A stretch of DNA of 61,508 nt, filler included, from Collodictyon triciliatum (Eukaryota), in NCBI GenBank assembly GCA_043381765.1. It is 5 parts of 5 records of this genome, joined end to end, with 100 filler letters (N's around TTAATTAATTAA, not from the genome) between each part and the next. Parts side by side here need not be neighbours in the genome. Positions count along the whole stretch, not along the records: positions 25,153 to 40,598 come from JBHJMP010001671.1; 4 more parts are not named here. One strand, written 5' to 3'. Of the stretch, positions 25,336 through 39,984 are shown one piece after another (the first letter of the stretch is position 1; every line of letters starts with the position of its first letter). The notes under the pieces are model-generated. The model saw nothing but the letters and a program-made list of their open reading frames with translations, did not search any database and was not told the origin of the DNA. The translations under genes were made by a program, and so were the position numbers.

Positions 25336-28300
25336 ATGTCTCAGTCAGAGAACCTGTGTTTCAACTGCGGTGAGGTAGGCCATTGGGGAACGCATTGCCC
25401 TCTCACACGCAAGATTCGGCAGCCAACCGCGTCATTTTTGAGGGTGTTGAAGCCTTCTGAAGGTTTTTTTTCTCTTCTCCATATGTCTTCCATTCTTTCT
25501 TCAATTCATCCCACTTTACCTATGGAGGCCATTTATTTGCTTGGGTTTAACATGACTTTTTCCTTTGCCAAACGCCACAAGTTATTTTATTTTTGAAGGT
25601 TTTTCTATATTTCCCCCCTTTTTCGCTGGTGGCCTGGTTCCTTTCCCTAGATGTATTGTTTCCACCATTTACGTACTTTTTTTTTTATTGATAAAGTTGC
25701 TTACTTATGTGACTACTCCAGTATTACAATCCGACTCCAGTAAAACTGAGGCAAACGCCCAGCAAGCGAAGGTTTTTATATGTAGAATCAGCACTTGTGG
25801 AACATTTTCCTTTTTCCCCAAGCACATCAATCAACCAAAATGTATCCATTCACCGCAAAAATAAATAATCTTGATTTATTGTTTGTCAATTTTTTGTTTC
25901 ACCTTATTTTTTTACGCATAATTGTTTCGACTAAAGTAGAATGCCTGGCGCCGCCTTTCATGACATGCTTAAATGATATCTACCAAACCACACACATAGG
26001 CCAACGATTCACGTGGCGATGAGGATGTACGGAAGTCAAAATGGGGTAAACTTAAGACTACGCTGATGACTGTCAATCAGTTTCAGGACACTGCTATTGG
26101 GAATCCGGATGGGTAGGATTCACAGCAAACCTTCTATATTTATATCATGAATGACAAGCCTTTTCTTTTAATAAAAACAATAATTCGCACTGCAATCTCT
26201 CCTATCATATATGCGAGTCACTTTTCATTTTAGAACTTTCATCCACTATACTTCACCTTTTAATACCTTTGAGAGTAAGAAATGGTCATGTCCTTATTCA
26301 TATACTCATCACAAAGAAACGCGGGTAAGTCTGAACCGGTCCGAAGAATGCAGGATACCAAGGTTTCCAAAAACCACTCAAATCTATCAGATAACACCAA
26401 CACACAAAAAGATGCGCGAAGAGGGACGCTCTTCAAGGTTTCATTTATAATTTTTTCCCTATTTTTTTTTGTATATTTATTACAGCGAAGCATATAAATT
26501 CAATCCAAATGCTCTTTGCAGACAACAAATTTTATCCTAACAGCCAAAATCACTTTAGCACAACGCCCATAAAGCCATGGATGAAGAAATGGCTCAAGCT
26601 AACATACGTGCTATTCTTTTAAAGGAGCCTGAAAATCGGTCTCACGATGACCTCGTAATCAATCCATAAATAATCTATCGTGTTATGCCTTGCCTGTAAA
26701 CTATTTTTTTTTTCTGTTTGGGTGTGTCCCGAAAATACTGTTTTCATTTTAATTTTGGCATATAAACAGCTGATTTAATGCCAATGGAAGCTTGACATCT
26801 CATCCTTATTAATATAGATGTTCCTTAAAGACGTGACCAAATCTCTTAAGTTCTTTGAACATATGCCGATCGATTTGCACATGGACCTATGCAAGGTAAC
26901 TAAAGATGTTTTCATCTCTCTATATTCACACAGCCATGCATGAAATCTTGCATTATATATTATCAGTTTTATCCCACTATAATTAGGCTTATCCTGCCTG
27001 TATTTTATTATCACATAGGTCATGCGATACGAGGGCATCAACTCTGGAAATGTTGTATTCTATCAAGGATCGATAGGAAAAACTTTTTATGTCATATTGT
27101 CTGGCACAGTCACAATCCATGTCAAATCTACAGATGACGAAGAAAAACAAGATGAACCACATACTGATAATGCAGAAAAGAAGTCAGAACAGGTTTTTCC
27201 TCTCCCTTTCTCATCACATACTTTTTTTCATCTTGAACTTTGATTTTTTCAAATAGTGTGGTTATTGAATCAAGAAATACATACAATTTAATTTCATTTT
27301 ATTTTTCACGAGAAGTCATTTTACAGTTTCCCATGAGATACTTTTCAATTTTTGCTTCGCTTTGCTATTCTTCTTTCACCTCAACACAGGCTGTTGATCT
27401 TGGAAGATTGGTGGCAACAATTTACAGTGGTGAGTCTTTTGGAGAGCTCGCACTTTTAAAAGCCACGGCTGCACCAAGGTAATATATGACAGAAGTGTCT
27501 TGTTTTTTTTTTCACATCGTTTCACTCTATTCTCTTATCTACAATACATAAAATTTGTATTTCATCTTAACCAATACTTTGCTTAATCCCGATTTTCCTT
27601 AATAGAGCCGCATCAATTGTAGTTGCCGAGGACGCCCAATTTCTGACTGTTGTTTCAAATTATATTCTAAATGAATCGATGAATATTTCCTCCTTTTTTC
27701 TGATTCTTTCATATCTGACATTTTCTATTGCTCACTCAGATCAACAAGTCGGATTATGATAAAACCCTTAAGGTAATAGTTATCTCATTGCAAAGCAGAC
27801 ATGAAATCGAAAAACTAAGCTCTCTATTAGATGGGCATGGTTGTTGTTTTGTCTTTGTCTTTGTACGGTCCAATAAAGTCTTCATTTGCCATAGAAAATG
27901 CAAATACAAGCGCTTGAGAGCAAACTGCAGTTCCTTCGTACATTTAAATTTTTCCAGTCATGGGATGTAAAAAGACTGGCAAAGTTTTCTCATTTTATGA
28001 AGAGCACAAGCTACACGTCTATTGAAAGTAGGAGACTCACGAGCTTGAAAATTATCATTTGCTATTTGGATGAATTCCCTGAACGAAATACACATAAGCG
28101 AACAAAATTATAATTTCTTTTCGAATTTTTTCCGATAAAATGAATTTCCATGTTTAAAACGCATGAACTAAAAACTTTTCATTTTATGGCATCATTTTCA
28201 AACATAACTAGCGGTTATACTGAGACAAGGGCAAATATCAGACAATGTTTTTCTGCTCTACAAAGGACAATGCCGAATTGTTTACGACATTGGGGTTGAG

Positions 28301-30251
28301 AGAAGTGCAGATAATCCATCAAATTCAGTAAGTAGATAGTCTTTTAAACCAAGACAGGTGTTTTCAATTATAACTTTCGAGCAAAATATAGCATTTTGAA
28401 AGAGTGTATAATTTAAAACGATTAACACCCAAAAGCAAATCACTATTATTGAATGTGATCCAAATGAACGGGAGTATCCGGGAGATGGTACAGAGGAAAT
28501 GGATGATGTGGGAACTCTTTCGGAACAAGAACTAAAGGAATATCAAGAGCTCGAAAAATACGAAGAGTTAAGCGTTGATGTTTGTAAACCAAAACTCAGA
28601 AAATTCTTTCTAAGACCTTCGACGTCGCATGTAATTGTTAAACAATAAATAACCTTTGCTCTATGATTCTTGCTTGCCATCGTTCTCTCTTAACAACCAT
28701 ATTTTGGAACATATTTTTTATATGTATCTTTTTTTTTTTATCACAATCGAAACTTAAATACAGCTTCGCCATTACTTCAAAAATGTTGGAAAATTTAGAT
28801 GCGGTCACAACGGCACAAGATGAGGCTGGACTTAGCTGTGCTAGGCCCAGGTGAAATGTTTGGTGAAGGCGGTGTTTTATGCAATAAAGAACAGGTGGCC
28901 ACTATCGTCGCCGATAACAATACAGAGTTATTGGTGATTAACAAGACAGACTTCTCGAAGAGTAATTAGTCAATTTTTTTTTTCCAATGAGACATAATAG
29001 CTAAAGCCATTTGTCGCCGAAATTTTACGTGACAACTGTCTTTCGAGTATATGGAGAGCATCTCTGCTCAACTAAATAGAAAAATTACCCTATTGAGAAC
29101 ATAAATTGAAGCCTGATGGACTATGTTTTTACAGGAATGGATGACCGCTCCAAAGAAATAGCTGTCAATATATGGAAGATGAAAAATGACTGGCTTATCG
29201 AACACCTAACGCAAATTACACGATTAAATCCTCACGGGTTGAGAATCCATCTCATTATTCGATTTTAGTTGAACTTTGATATGAAATATATATGATTTCA
29301 TTTATTATTTGACAAAAAAAAATCATATACATATGCAACGAAACATATCCTTATTGATCAAAAAAAATATGTTTAACAATGACACTCAAACAACACAGGA
29401 GACAGAGTCAGAGCTATCTGACAAACTCAACTTTGGGCGCGCAGACCCCACCTACTAAATCAGGTTCCCAATCAGCCAGGTATATGCCATTAGCTGATTT
29501 TGGTCATGATTATTTTTTTTTAAATAAAAAAGGTAAATACCAATACATAGTATCTTATGAAGTGATTGAAAGCAGCTATTTATGTTCGTAATCTGAAAAA
29601 ATATGTCACTTTTTTTTTCTGCGATGAATCAACAGACGTTACAACGAACTTCCGCCACTCCCAGACGAAATTATGGATATCTTGAAGCAAAGAGCTCCAC
29701 GACCGAGACCACCGAGTCAAGAACGCTGCAATATATTAGTTTTTTTTTTAACAATACTTTCTGTGATATCTTCTCCAGTCTTGAAATTGCTTCCTCGATT
29801 CCATCTGTTGGCTTTAAGAAACTTTCATTTAATCTGATACAGATATTAGTTTTTTTTTTTCGGTTTCTTTTCAGTTTATTTGGCATGATTGAAAAGACTG
29901 ACGCACACATTAATAAAAGGCCACTCCTCGACATCGAATGCCATCCTCTCGAAACAGGAAGCAGCTGCTGGAAGACTTGGCTGCAAAAATATCTGAGCAG
30001 GAACACTCTCTATGGATTCACCGTCATACACAACTGGAGAGACCGAAAGGGAGCAAATCAACGAAACCAGCGGTTCCTACATTATCGCTGAATACAAAGT
30101 CAAGGACAAAGGTTCGATTTAAAGTGTGCGATATGTATTAAATGATTACACGAATATTAGTTCATATATGTTGACAAAGGTGGAGGATTTCCACGGGCCT
30201 TGTGTGGTCAGCTTCGAAACATTTATTCCATTGCGTCACTCCAAATCGTGA
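25336..30251 (+). CDS. Tandem cyclic-nucleotide-binding-domain protein with N-terminal CCHC zinc knuckle
   Basis: Exon 1 CFNCGEVGHWGTHC. CNB1: VVFYQGSIGKTFYVILSGTV..GESFGELALL..PRAASIV..FLTINKSDY. CNB2: VILRQGQISDNVFLLYKGQC..LGPGEMFGEGGVL..ATIVA..LLVINKTDF. Junctions from exon 1 to CNB1 keep frame. Confidence 0.85.
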
Positions 30252-30278
30252 GTGGCAATAAGCACAGTTGGAAATTTT

Positions 30279-30356
30279 AATATACAATTGATGGCCCGGC
30301 ACAAAATTGAAAGGAAGAATAATAAAAAAAAAATAAAAAAATATACAATTGATGGC
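30279..30356 (+). mobile_element. Short poly(A) retroposed insert, family A, with 17-bp TSD
   Basis: aatatacaattgatggc [ccggcacaaaattgaaaggaagaat + A-rich tail] aatatacaattgatggc. Confidence 0.9.
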
Positions 30357-30597
30357 ATAATTTCTTCTCTATCTTTTTTTTTTGTCAATTTTATTTTTAT
30401 TCGCATTTGGAGTTTAACAATTGGTACTTATATTTTTTCGTTACCCAAATCTAGGTCTCAATTGCCAACCCTCTCCCTTGAATTCCCAGGAGATAAGGAT
30501 AGAGATGTATGATTCTATACCCTTTATGTGATTCTTATTTTCCTTCACTTTATGGCTGGCGTAAACAATCTAACCGCATATAAAAAAAAACTCATAG

Positions 30598-30770
30598 GAT
30601 GGTCCGATGAACGAGGAGGATTTTTAGACCCATGTGGTTGTGTACTTTTGGGTGTGTTTTGCCCATTCGTGAGTTTCCGTCAAACAGAATCGAGACTTGT
30701 TACAGACTTTGATAACATGCGGAAGCCCCAAACCTTCTCAGCCGTTACTAGGAACTGGATGTATAATAAT
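30598..30770 (+). CDS. Possible exon of a Cys-rich PLAC8-like membrane protein
   Basis: GWSDERGGFLDPCGCVLLGVFCPFVSFRQTESRL after an AG acceptor. The full gene could not be reconstructed. Confidence 0.3.
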
Positions 30771-31465
30771 ATGTATACTATTGAAACTTAACCTGGATGC
30801 GCAATTCCAGATTTCGCTTTGCCAGGATGAACCCTTTTCTGATTGCTACTTATTATTTTTCAAGTGTTCGGCAGTGATAGTGATATACTTGATTAGCCAT
30901 TTAATAATTTTTTTTTATTCTTTAGCTTTCTGGTTCGTTGTCAAAGTGTATTAGATCCAACAAAGATTTTCACTATCCATGATATTGAATTACTCTATAT
31001 ATTAAGAATAGCTCAATATCAATCCATATTTTCCTTTTCTTCATTCCTGCCTTTTCTTGAGACAGATTGGGGTGCTCGTATGACATTGCAAGTGAACAGT
31101 AACATAGTTGGTGCTTCAGATAGTTCTTACGATTCACCCCACAATTTTCCGCCTCCACCTATAAACGCAATAAACCGTCGAAACGTACAAAGAAAGTCAG
31201 ACACAAAAGAAGAAGAAAAAGAGACATATGATTTGTATCTTGATATATTGTCAGAGGCATACGTTCATTCCGTATGGCTGGGCTTGAATAAGGGCCGGAC
31301 AAATCTTCAGAAAGTAATCTCTGCAACTCAATCGTTTGCTGGCGATTCCGCTATTTAGATGTGTATAGTTATTATAGATGTTTTGCTAAATTAGTACATA
31401 AGTTTTATTCGAATAGATTATATAATTTTAAGGCAAATTGTAGAGGACGTTTTAGGTGTATCTCA

Positions 31466-32613
31466 AATGAATTTTGATAAACATACTTCAATCAATTGGC
31501 GCAAATGAGGGCTGATTTCTCCAAGTTCATCTTCTTCTGTTTTGCTTCTGCACCAAACAAGATACAAGTAATAAAAATCATAGTTATGAGCAAAATAGGA
31601 AAATAAATCTATTTCTCACTAAAGCTTTTCTTATTATTGTCGAGGAAACGGCATCAAAGCAACTACTTGTTATCATCCTGATTTGTTGCGGGCCAGCTTC
31701 TGGTTAGCTCCTACGATTACTTAAATGATTAATGTCGTTCCGAAATGTATATTTCTTAAGAAAAAAATTCTACACTTGCAAGGCAAATTAACTTCATGAG
31801 CAAGTACGTGTTTTGATGGGGTGGATATGTGGCCACCACGATAATGTGCTTCTTGTAATCCATATTCCGTAAAATCTGCCGTCTCAGCAGGTGTAGCTGC
31901 CGCATTCAATCGCGAATGTTGTTGCTTGATTACCACAATGTAATTATTTTGTCAGAAGCGTTTCTAATAGCTGCTCATATATGATAAACATTAAGAAAGT
32001 GAATTACCTTCGGGCTCAATATCGCCTTGTCTATGAGCTCAATCTTCTGGAGTGTCAAGTCAACAATTACATTCATCTCTTGGAGTTGGAGCTCCACTGA
32101 TTGCCAGTTTGTTTCAAATCTAGCCTGGTTTATATTATTTGTGGTCGTGATTCTTCAAAGCGGACATATAAATCTTACTGGCAGCATACATCAAAGATTA
32201 TGAAGTCAGCCATTTTATAAAATTAATAATTGGAAGTTCTCTACGTGAGTGGCCCTGACATTTATTCAAAAGTATATGATAAGAGAGCTTACCTGCAACA
32301 AAAAGAAGTTTGAAAAATCTTGAATCATCTCGCCAAACTCCTGGTGATTGAGAGAGCTTCGTGCTGAAGCAGAAAAAGATGCGCGCTCTACTTGATAGTT
32401 AAAAACAATTCAAACATATTTCAAAAAATGTTGAACAATTCGGCAAACACGTTTCTGAGCAATACTCAAACGCCAGTCGAATGTTAAGATAGTTGTTAAG
32501 GTATCTATACACAAAAGACGACATTTTCTTTGGAATTTACCGTTTTGTAGTTGGGCCTTGATTCTGCGAAATTTTTGCTCAAGAGCAACCCTCGTTTGTG
32601 CAATTTGCTAAAA

Positions 32614-32708
<95 letters not shown>

Positions 32709-35700
32709 AATAATGATTTTGGTATCACTGTCCTCATTTATTCTGAGCCAATATTGTTCAAACTACAAATGATATCTCAAAAAAATTGCACTGACAGAAA
32801 ATACAGAGCCGGATTCTAGTAAAAGTCTTTGGAGATCAGATGCCTAGAGATAAATGCGATTGTCACGCTCAAGTCCATACTGGAAAAGAAATAGTATATA
32901 ATCCTTAAGTGAAAAATAATTAGAGCAATATTGATATAAAAGTTATCTTTCGATCTACATGCTGACTGAAGACCCTCAAATGATTTGAGAATTGACCATA
33001 GTCACTTCTATTTCTGTTAGTTTCAAATTAGGGAGAGCAAGCCTTTCAAAATATTACATGCTGTAGAGGATACGCGCCTACTCAAAAGAATTACTGGAAA
33101 AAAAAACCAATAACAAAATAAAACCCAAGATATTCAGCCAACTTTGAGACTGGAGACGCAGGGTCATGCGAAATTTGCGCACGTAAATCATCCATGAGAA
33201 GCTCTAAGCCTAAATTTTCAGAGTGTAAGAGGATGTTTTAAAATTGGAAAACATACCATCTAGTGTGATAATCTATTTTGGAGGACATAAATCAAGCTTT
33301 TGATTATGTTACTGTGTACAAAAAAAGAAGAGACCTCTTTTATCCTGCTCCATGACCAAGAGATCTTTTGTCAATTCATTTTGGATTTTTGTGTGGGATT
33401 TTCTCTCCTGATCCAGGGTTCTCTATAGGACACGAAGTTTGAAATCACGTGGTGAGGCACCAATCCATCTCAAGTAGTTTATAAATAGTGTGATTTTTTT
33501 TTGTCTCAAACCTTGAGTCTTTCAATCTCGTTCTGCAGAGAGTCCACACTAACGTGGCCGGTCTACAAAAAAAATCAGAAATGAATGAAATAAAAGGTTG
33601 TGAATTTTAAGCACAGAAAAAAAAAAGCACTCCTTTTTCTCTCTTGTTCTTCCTTTCAATTTGTGCAAAATAATGGATTAGCAAATAAAGCTCTAGTATG
33701 GATACAAATAAGTTGGTTTAAAAGGACACCGAATTTTTCTGAATGGAATAAAGAGGGGAAAAGCTACTGAACGATAGTTAAATAATATACATCTGCATAA
33801 TCGTGATTCCTCTGGAAATTTGAAGCTATCGACCGTGGTCTAGATTATGAAATTGCAGTAGATTACGACAGGAATTCACGCGCGCATGCATAGAAACTAA
33901 CAAACTAAAAATCAAACCGCTCCAAAAAAAAACCAGGAAAATGCAGATAGAGCTACAGAGAATCAGCGATGAGTTTTTATGAACAAACTTTTCAGATACA
34001 CTCTTGGGTTTCCTCACAGAAGACTTTTCACGAGAAATCGAACGGCGGCCATCCTGTAAGAGAACAAGTATTGTTATTTTGGGATTACTGGTGTTATTAT
34101 ATTTTCATCGACCCTCGGTCATCCAAGCTTTTTGTTAAAAGTAGAAAAATGAAAGGAAAAATATGATTATGTATTTTAATGCTTCGATATTCCAATAAAC
34201 GTCTAACTTGCAGACTACGAGTATCATCAAATCCCCTTCTTATATTCATGCTACTCTCTTTTTCTGTGGCTAGTAAATCAGAAAGATGCGCACTGCAATG
34301 TGATGATAAAATTTTTTTAGCAGTGCGTCAAACTATTCGGGCGATGTATCCCCATGTAATCAAAATTGTTTTTATTTCAAAGTGGTTTGGTGATGTGAAA
34401 GATTGATTTACACTTCTGATTGGTATTCAGAAACTTTTTCCTTTAGGCGAGCCTCATCCATTAAAAGCTACGCATTTTTTTCAGGTTTGTAACTCTTGGT
34501 GGGGTCATTAACGATACTAACTAGAGAGTCAAGTTTATATCAATTCATTTTATAAATACCTGGGACTTGGATGCAACCATTGAATCGATTTTCTTTTGCA
34601 GAGCGCTGATTTCATCAGAGTGTTTCTGTTTCAAATCAAAAACTGGAAATAACAGCAGGAGTGTGCTCATTAGTCTGTGATATTATAAGCTCAAGGAAAA
34701 CCATATTACATACTTATCTTCTGCGTTTCGCTTTTCTGCCTTGCTTTCAGGTCTGTTGTCGCTTTCTCTTCTCTTTGAATGATTTTGGCAAGTTTCTATT
34801 TTCAAAAATAGATCATTATTATTTACAGAGTCAGATTATTTTCATTCGGAAGATATTCGATTTTCTTTCTTGCAATACCTCAATACGGCCATCCTTTTGC
34901 TTGATTTCCTCTTGCATACGAATCATCACACTCTCTGATAGCTTTGCGCTTGAGTTAAGCTAATTTAGAACAAAAAATAAACTGAGAAAATATTCGGTTG
35001 AGAGTATGAAATCTGGAGTGACACATTTTAGAGGGCAAAAAATGATGATTCGACGGGTTTCAGAAACCCCTTGTAGATTAACCTGCTCTACCGTTTGTCT
35101 GTACGCCATTATTTCATCTTCTTTCTTCTGCTTTTCCTTTTCAAAAAAATATTATTTTTTTTGTTCTCCTATCGTCTCCATTCTAAAAGGGTAATTTTCT
35201 TCCAGGATACTTATAAATATACTTACTTCTTCGTACATGATTCGAAGATGACTGATTTCGTCATCCCGCGTGCTTATTTCAAGCATCTAAGCCACATAAT
35301 ATTTTTTAAAAAAATTGGTATGAGTACGTTAAAAGGAAATATTGACAGGATACCAGCTCTTGCAGGCGAAGCTCAAGGTCTCCAATTCTAATAAATTCAT
35401 ATCAGTATTACACATTTAGGCATATGATTAGATTACTGGGACAGTCGCAATTAAAATGAAAGAAATTGAATCACTTAAGAAAAAATTAATTTCAAAATGT
35501 CATCACAAAATCAAAGAAAAAGGTAATTCGTTCATAGAAAAATGACAAGCAAAAAGCAGAACCTTTGCTCGTTTTCATCTTGAGGTGTTCTGAGTGAGAC
35601 TGACCGGGATGTAGGAAGAAAATGATCCTCGCTTGGAATGAAGTATCAAAGGCATACATCACAAATGATTGCAGAGCCAGCAAATGAAACAAAAAATAAA

Positions 35701-38700
35701 AGGAAACAATTAAAAAAATTACAAGGAGGCAGAAGGGACCACAGAAAGATAAAATATTGAAAAACCTGGTTTGCTCAAGCGTTCGAAAGTTGAAAGATTC
35801 AATTTGTGCGATGACGTTCGACATTTCAGGTCTATGTAAACATGATATGAGAAAAGAGAGCATTAATAGAAAACAAGAAATGAGAAGAAAAGGAGAGATA
35901 AAAAAAAAAGATAAAAATAGCTCAACATGCCTAGAAAACAAACGGAAAAATTATGATCAGATTATACACTCCAAGATAAATTGTTTTAGGGAGATGGTCA
36001 AGAAAAGAATATCAAATACATTTCTCGCCGCACACCGCTGACCACCTTCTTTTTTAGTTCAACAGCATCATCCCGAGTTAATTTCCCAGAAGATACGTCC
36101 TGTTGCATGGTTGCCAGCCATTCCTGCAAAAAAAAATAAAAAAAATAACAATGATATTGATGTGATAATTCCATAACTGTTTCATATATTTATAAAAAAA
36201 TTATGTAATTGCCTGCGCAGTAGATTTAGTGTTTTCTGTTTGAAACTTGAACCGATCAAGGGCTTTTCCGTGTTTTATTAAAACAAAGCAAAAAGTAAAA
36301 TAAATCAGTGAATGATGAAAGAACACATGACGGCGTATTTTTACTTCATCAAATTGAATCACAGCATAAATAACATATTAACCTAGTGCTAATCGGTTGA
36401 TTGCAATATTCCACGAAATAACTAGTCTTTCTAACAAAAACTTTCCTTCTGAGAGAATAGAATCCTTTTTTTAAAAATTTTTTTAAAAAGAGTTAGGAAA
36501 GAGCAGATATTTAATATCAAGACCTGTTTTTTTTTTTTGAACGAGAAAAGAAATGTTGAAATAGTGACACATACTTGTGAGAATAATTGGTAGTCAAACA
36601 TGAGAGAGAGAAATCATCACATACTTGCGCTTCGTTTATTTCGTGCCTTTGTTTTACAGTTCTTTGACTGAATGAATTTGAATTGTGTTCTCGAACACTT
36701 TGAAGCTTCATATAGAATAATTTGGGTAAGCGAATATGATGTCACATAATTCTTCTGGAAAAAATATTCAGAACGTTGAATTTACATTAAAAGTACAAAA
36801 CATAATCGTATTGATACGATTTCAAACAAACCAGGCTCGATATGCGACTGGATATTTGGAGGACGGCATCCCCCCATTCTTGAAGAGGAGATTCTGTACG
36901 TTTGTCATTAGTTCAACTTAGCCGTATGTATTGCTTGGTTTGTGCGAAACTAACCTCGAAGGCAATTATTACGGGCAATTGTTAACCGGTTCTCAATATC
37001 TAGTAGATATGAGGTCATATCAGTTGCCTCGGTAGCTTCGTTCTGCCAATAAATCATGAGAATTTTTTCTGTATAGCTGATGACTTTATTAACCATCAAT
37101 AATATAAAAGACAAGCGAGCAAGTGTCACCTGATACAAGACAACAACACGATTAACAATCAATTCCACTTGTCGCTCGATACGATTAACCTTGTCAGTAA
37201 GCTCTTCCTTCAAAGAAAGTTGCTCCTGTGACGAGAAAAGGATTAATTTAAGCTGCTTTATGTACTTGCAATATAGACCAAACTAAAGCCAGCATCATGG
37301 TTAATCTAATCATTTACGTTGTAATTTTGGTATATTGATGTAAGTTCGGACTGAAACCGACGATAGCTGCTCGTGTCGTTTGTAAATGGAGAATAAAAAG
37401 AATGTATATCATTAGTCAATTAAAAAAAACGCAATAAATGAGTTCTTACGTTGGATTATTTTCATATGTGCTTCGGCCAGAGAGGAAATTCGCTCCTATT
37501 GTAATAGTCAGAATAGATAATGTGCAATTTTTTGAAACATTTAATTTCTTTTTTTTTTAAAAAAAAAAGTCAAAATTGGTTAATGATGGTAATATCACCT
37601 GGGTTAAGACCTGATGATTGAGAACCATTTGTTGCAAAAACGTGGAACCTTCAAAGTTTTAAGATAATTTTATCATATAATAATACGTGAGTAGAAAGCC
37701 AGCCTGTATTTGTTTGCTTTTACAATTATGAACGTAAACAAACCTATATCTCGATGATTATAATTTAATTTTATTTATTTATTTATCTAATGATTGATTG
37801 CGCAAGTCACTGGACTCGGAAAAAAAACTCACGACCGATCTTGATTCTCTGATATTCTAGAAATGTCATTCATCGGTCCCAAAACTGACGTCTCGAGAGA
37901 ATTTCCCTTCTCTATTGCTATGTTACCTGCATTGTTGGTTTTATTTACTTTTAAGACTAGAATGCAAACGTTTTTAATCGAATAAAGGGGAAAAATACAT
38001 CCATTCGACTATCAAAAAAGAAATTAGTACTTCTAATATTAAAATAATCATAATCATAATCATAATTACCAAGAGATATCATATTCTGATGTTGGAATTG
38101 GCCATCTATTTCAATTCTCCTAAAGTATTTATATTATTCAATGTCATAATAAATTTCATAATACTCTTAAGTTACCCATAGAGACATATAAATATATGGA
38201 TACATTCAGCAATTCGGTGACGTATAGAAAGTCTGGCAAGTGACTCACCAAATGTTCATTACGTTATCTTGTGACATAGTAGTTACCAAGCCATGATATT
38301 TTGATATATAAATTACTGAGGTTTGGTGTTCTCGGATAATATGCACACATCGGTGCGTCTAGATACATTATTAATCGATGGTAAAAAGGATGTCGTCTTA
38401 TAAATTCCAAGGTCAGGATGAATATTTTTTCTCTCAAAATAATTTGTAAGAGAAATAGCTACCCGGACACCCCATAGTTTAACCAAAGAATCTTTCCCGA
38501 TAGACCATACCTTTCATCGGTTGTTTAATGCATTTGAATTGCAATTATATTGGTACACTAAATGGGTTATTATGAAACAACAAACAAACAAACAAACAAA
38601 CAAACAAACAAACAAACAAACAAACAAACAAACAAACAAACAAACAAACAAACAAACAAACAAACAAACAATGAATAATAATAAATGAATGACGAGGTTC

Positions 38701-39984
38701 TAATAAGAATGTGATTCGTTACATTTTTGCCAATGTGACAGAGCCCAAATATATCTCCATGATGCGCATTTATCACATGCACTTTCTTTGAATCCTACAT
38801 AATGCGAACAAACTATTTCAAACTGTACACTTGTGATCGTGTAAATTCAAGGGAAAGAAATCTTGTATGGAGTCTTCATTACATTGATGCTTGTCAGATG
38901 TATATTTCCATCGTTTCCTCCAGCCCATATTTCTTCGCCGACTCTTGTAAATGTCATGATTTCTAGTTGAAAATGGAATCCATTTGGGTTGATTGTGTAT
39001 TACATAATAAGACAAGCAGTGCCTTATTGGCGTGATGGCGCATCGATGTTGTCAGGTTAGATAAAATTTACTTGTGTCGAGTTTCTTTGAACCAATACAC
39101 CTCCCACTCTACGTATATTTTTGTTAGTGGTTATATTAAAAACTATTTCTACTGGCTTTATTATTTATGTCAAACGGAAGAATCCAGGAGCTATTTGTAA
39201 TGAAGGCTCTAAATGTACCGAAAAACACCAGGTGCATATCGTTCCGTCAAAGGAAGATGAAATGAATTCAGAGCCGTCCAAAGTTCCTTCAATTTTTGTT
39301 ACTCTTTTGAATGAAGTGCGATTTAGTTTAAAAAGAGTGCATTTTTCATTTAAGTCTAAAAGTCTTCAAATGAAAAAAGAATGAAGTAATCTAACTTCAA
39401 AGCACCTTGCTGTGTGGCCGACATATTTTTGAATAACAACGGAATTCTAATGGTTAATTGCATTGAACAAGATATTCAAATAATAGCAGATAGATTCTCT
39501 TAGCGTTCACTTTGTAATATGAATGAAATATATGTGTTCTTTAAAATATCAGTCGGTATATCACATATGATGAAAATTATGCTGGATGAGCACCTGAGGA
39601 TTGACTGCAATAATTGTACCATCAGTAAATCCAAGAAGCAAGACATGACTATCTGACGAGGGCTCTAGGATATAGAACGCAGATACCATAGCAGTTACAT
39701 GCACAGCAAAGGATTTCTTAAGTTGAAGATCCTAAGTACACGAAGGAAATTGATATATATATATAAAACAAATGAAAATGAGAACAAAAAAGATAAAAAC
39801 AATAAATATAGTAGATGAAAGATGGAAGATAGAAGAATATATAGGTAACAAACTTCACTCTTTCGGCTGGATATATTTCCATCTGAAGTACACATCCAAA
39901 TAGTATGCAAATCATGGCTAAGTACGGCAGAGAGTATACTTTTTGTCGAGTTTCCCAAAGCCGGTCGAACCTCCCTCAACTCCT
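31466..39984 (-). CDS. Large multi-exon protein: N-terminal WD40/beta-propeller followed by long coiled coil; both ends uncertain
   Basis: Exons IWMCTSDGNIS, LLGFTDGTIIAV, EIWAGGNDGNIHL, INAHHGDIFGLC|VWSIGKDSLVKLW, then heptad-rich exons such as LSLKEELTDKVNRIERQVELIVNRVVVLYQ and YLLDIENRLTIARN. Confidence 0.65.
32609..32708. repeat. (TAAA)n intronic microsatellite
   Basis: Read directly. Confidence 0.9.
33647..33667 (-). mobile_element. Decayed family A retroposon 3' end
   Basis: Reverse complement tgcacaaattgaaaggaagaa (1-nt deletion vs consensus); no clear TSD. Confidence 0.55.
38575..38671. repeat. (AAAC)n intronic microsatellite
   Basis: Read directly. Confidence 0.9.

Noticed and set aside
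29345-29353. ATATCCTT-like U12 donor motifs (also near 47052 and 59229)
   Set aside because: They are not at exon boundaries required by the protein frames; the flanking introns are GT-AG
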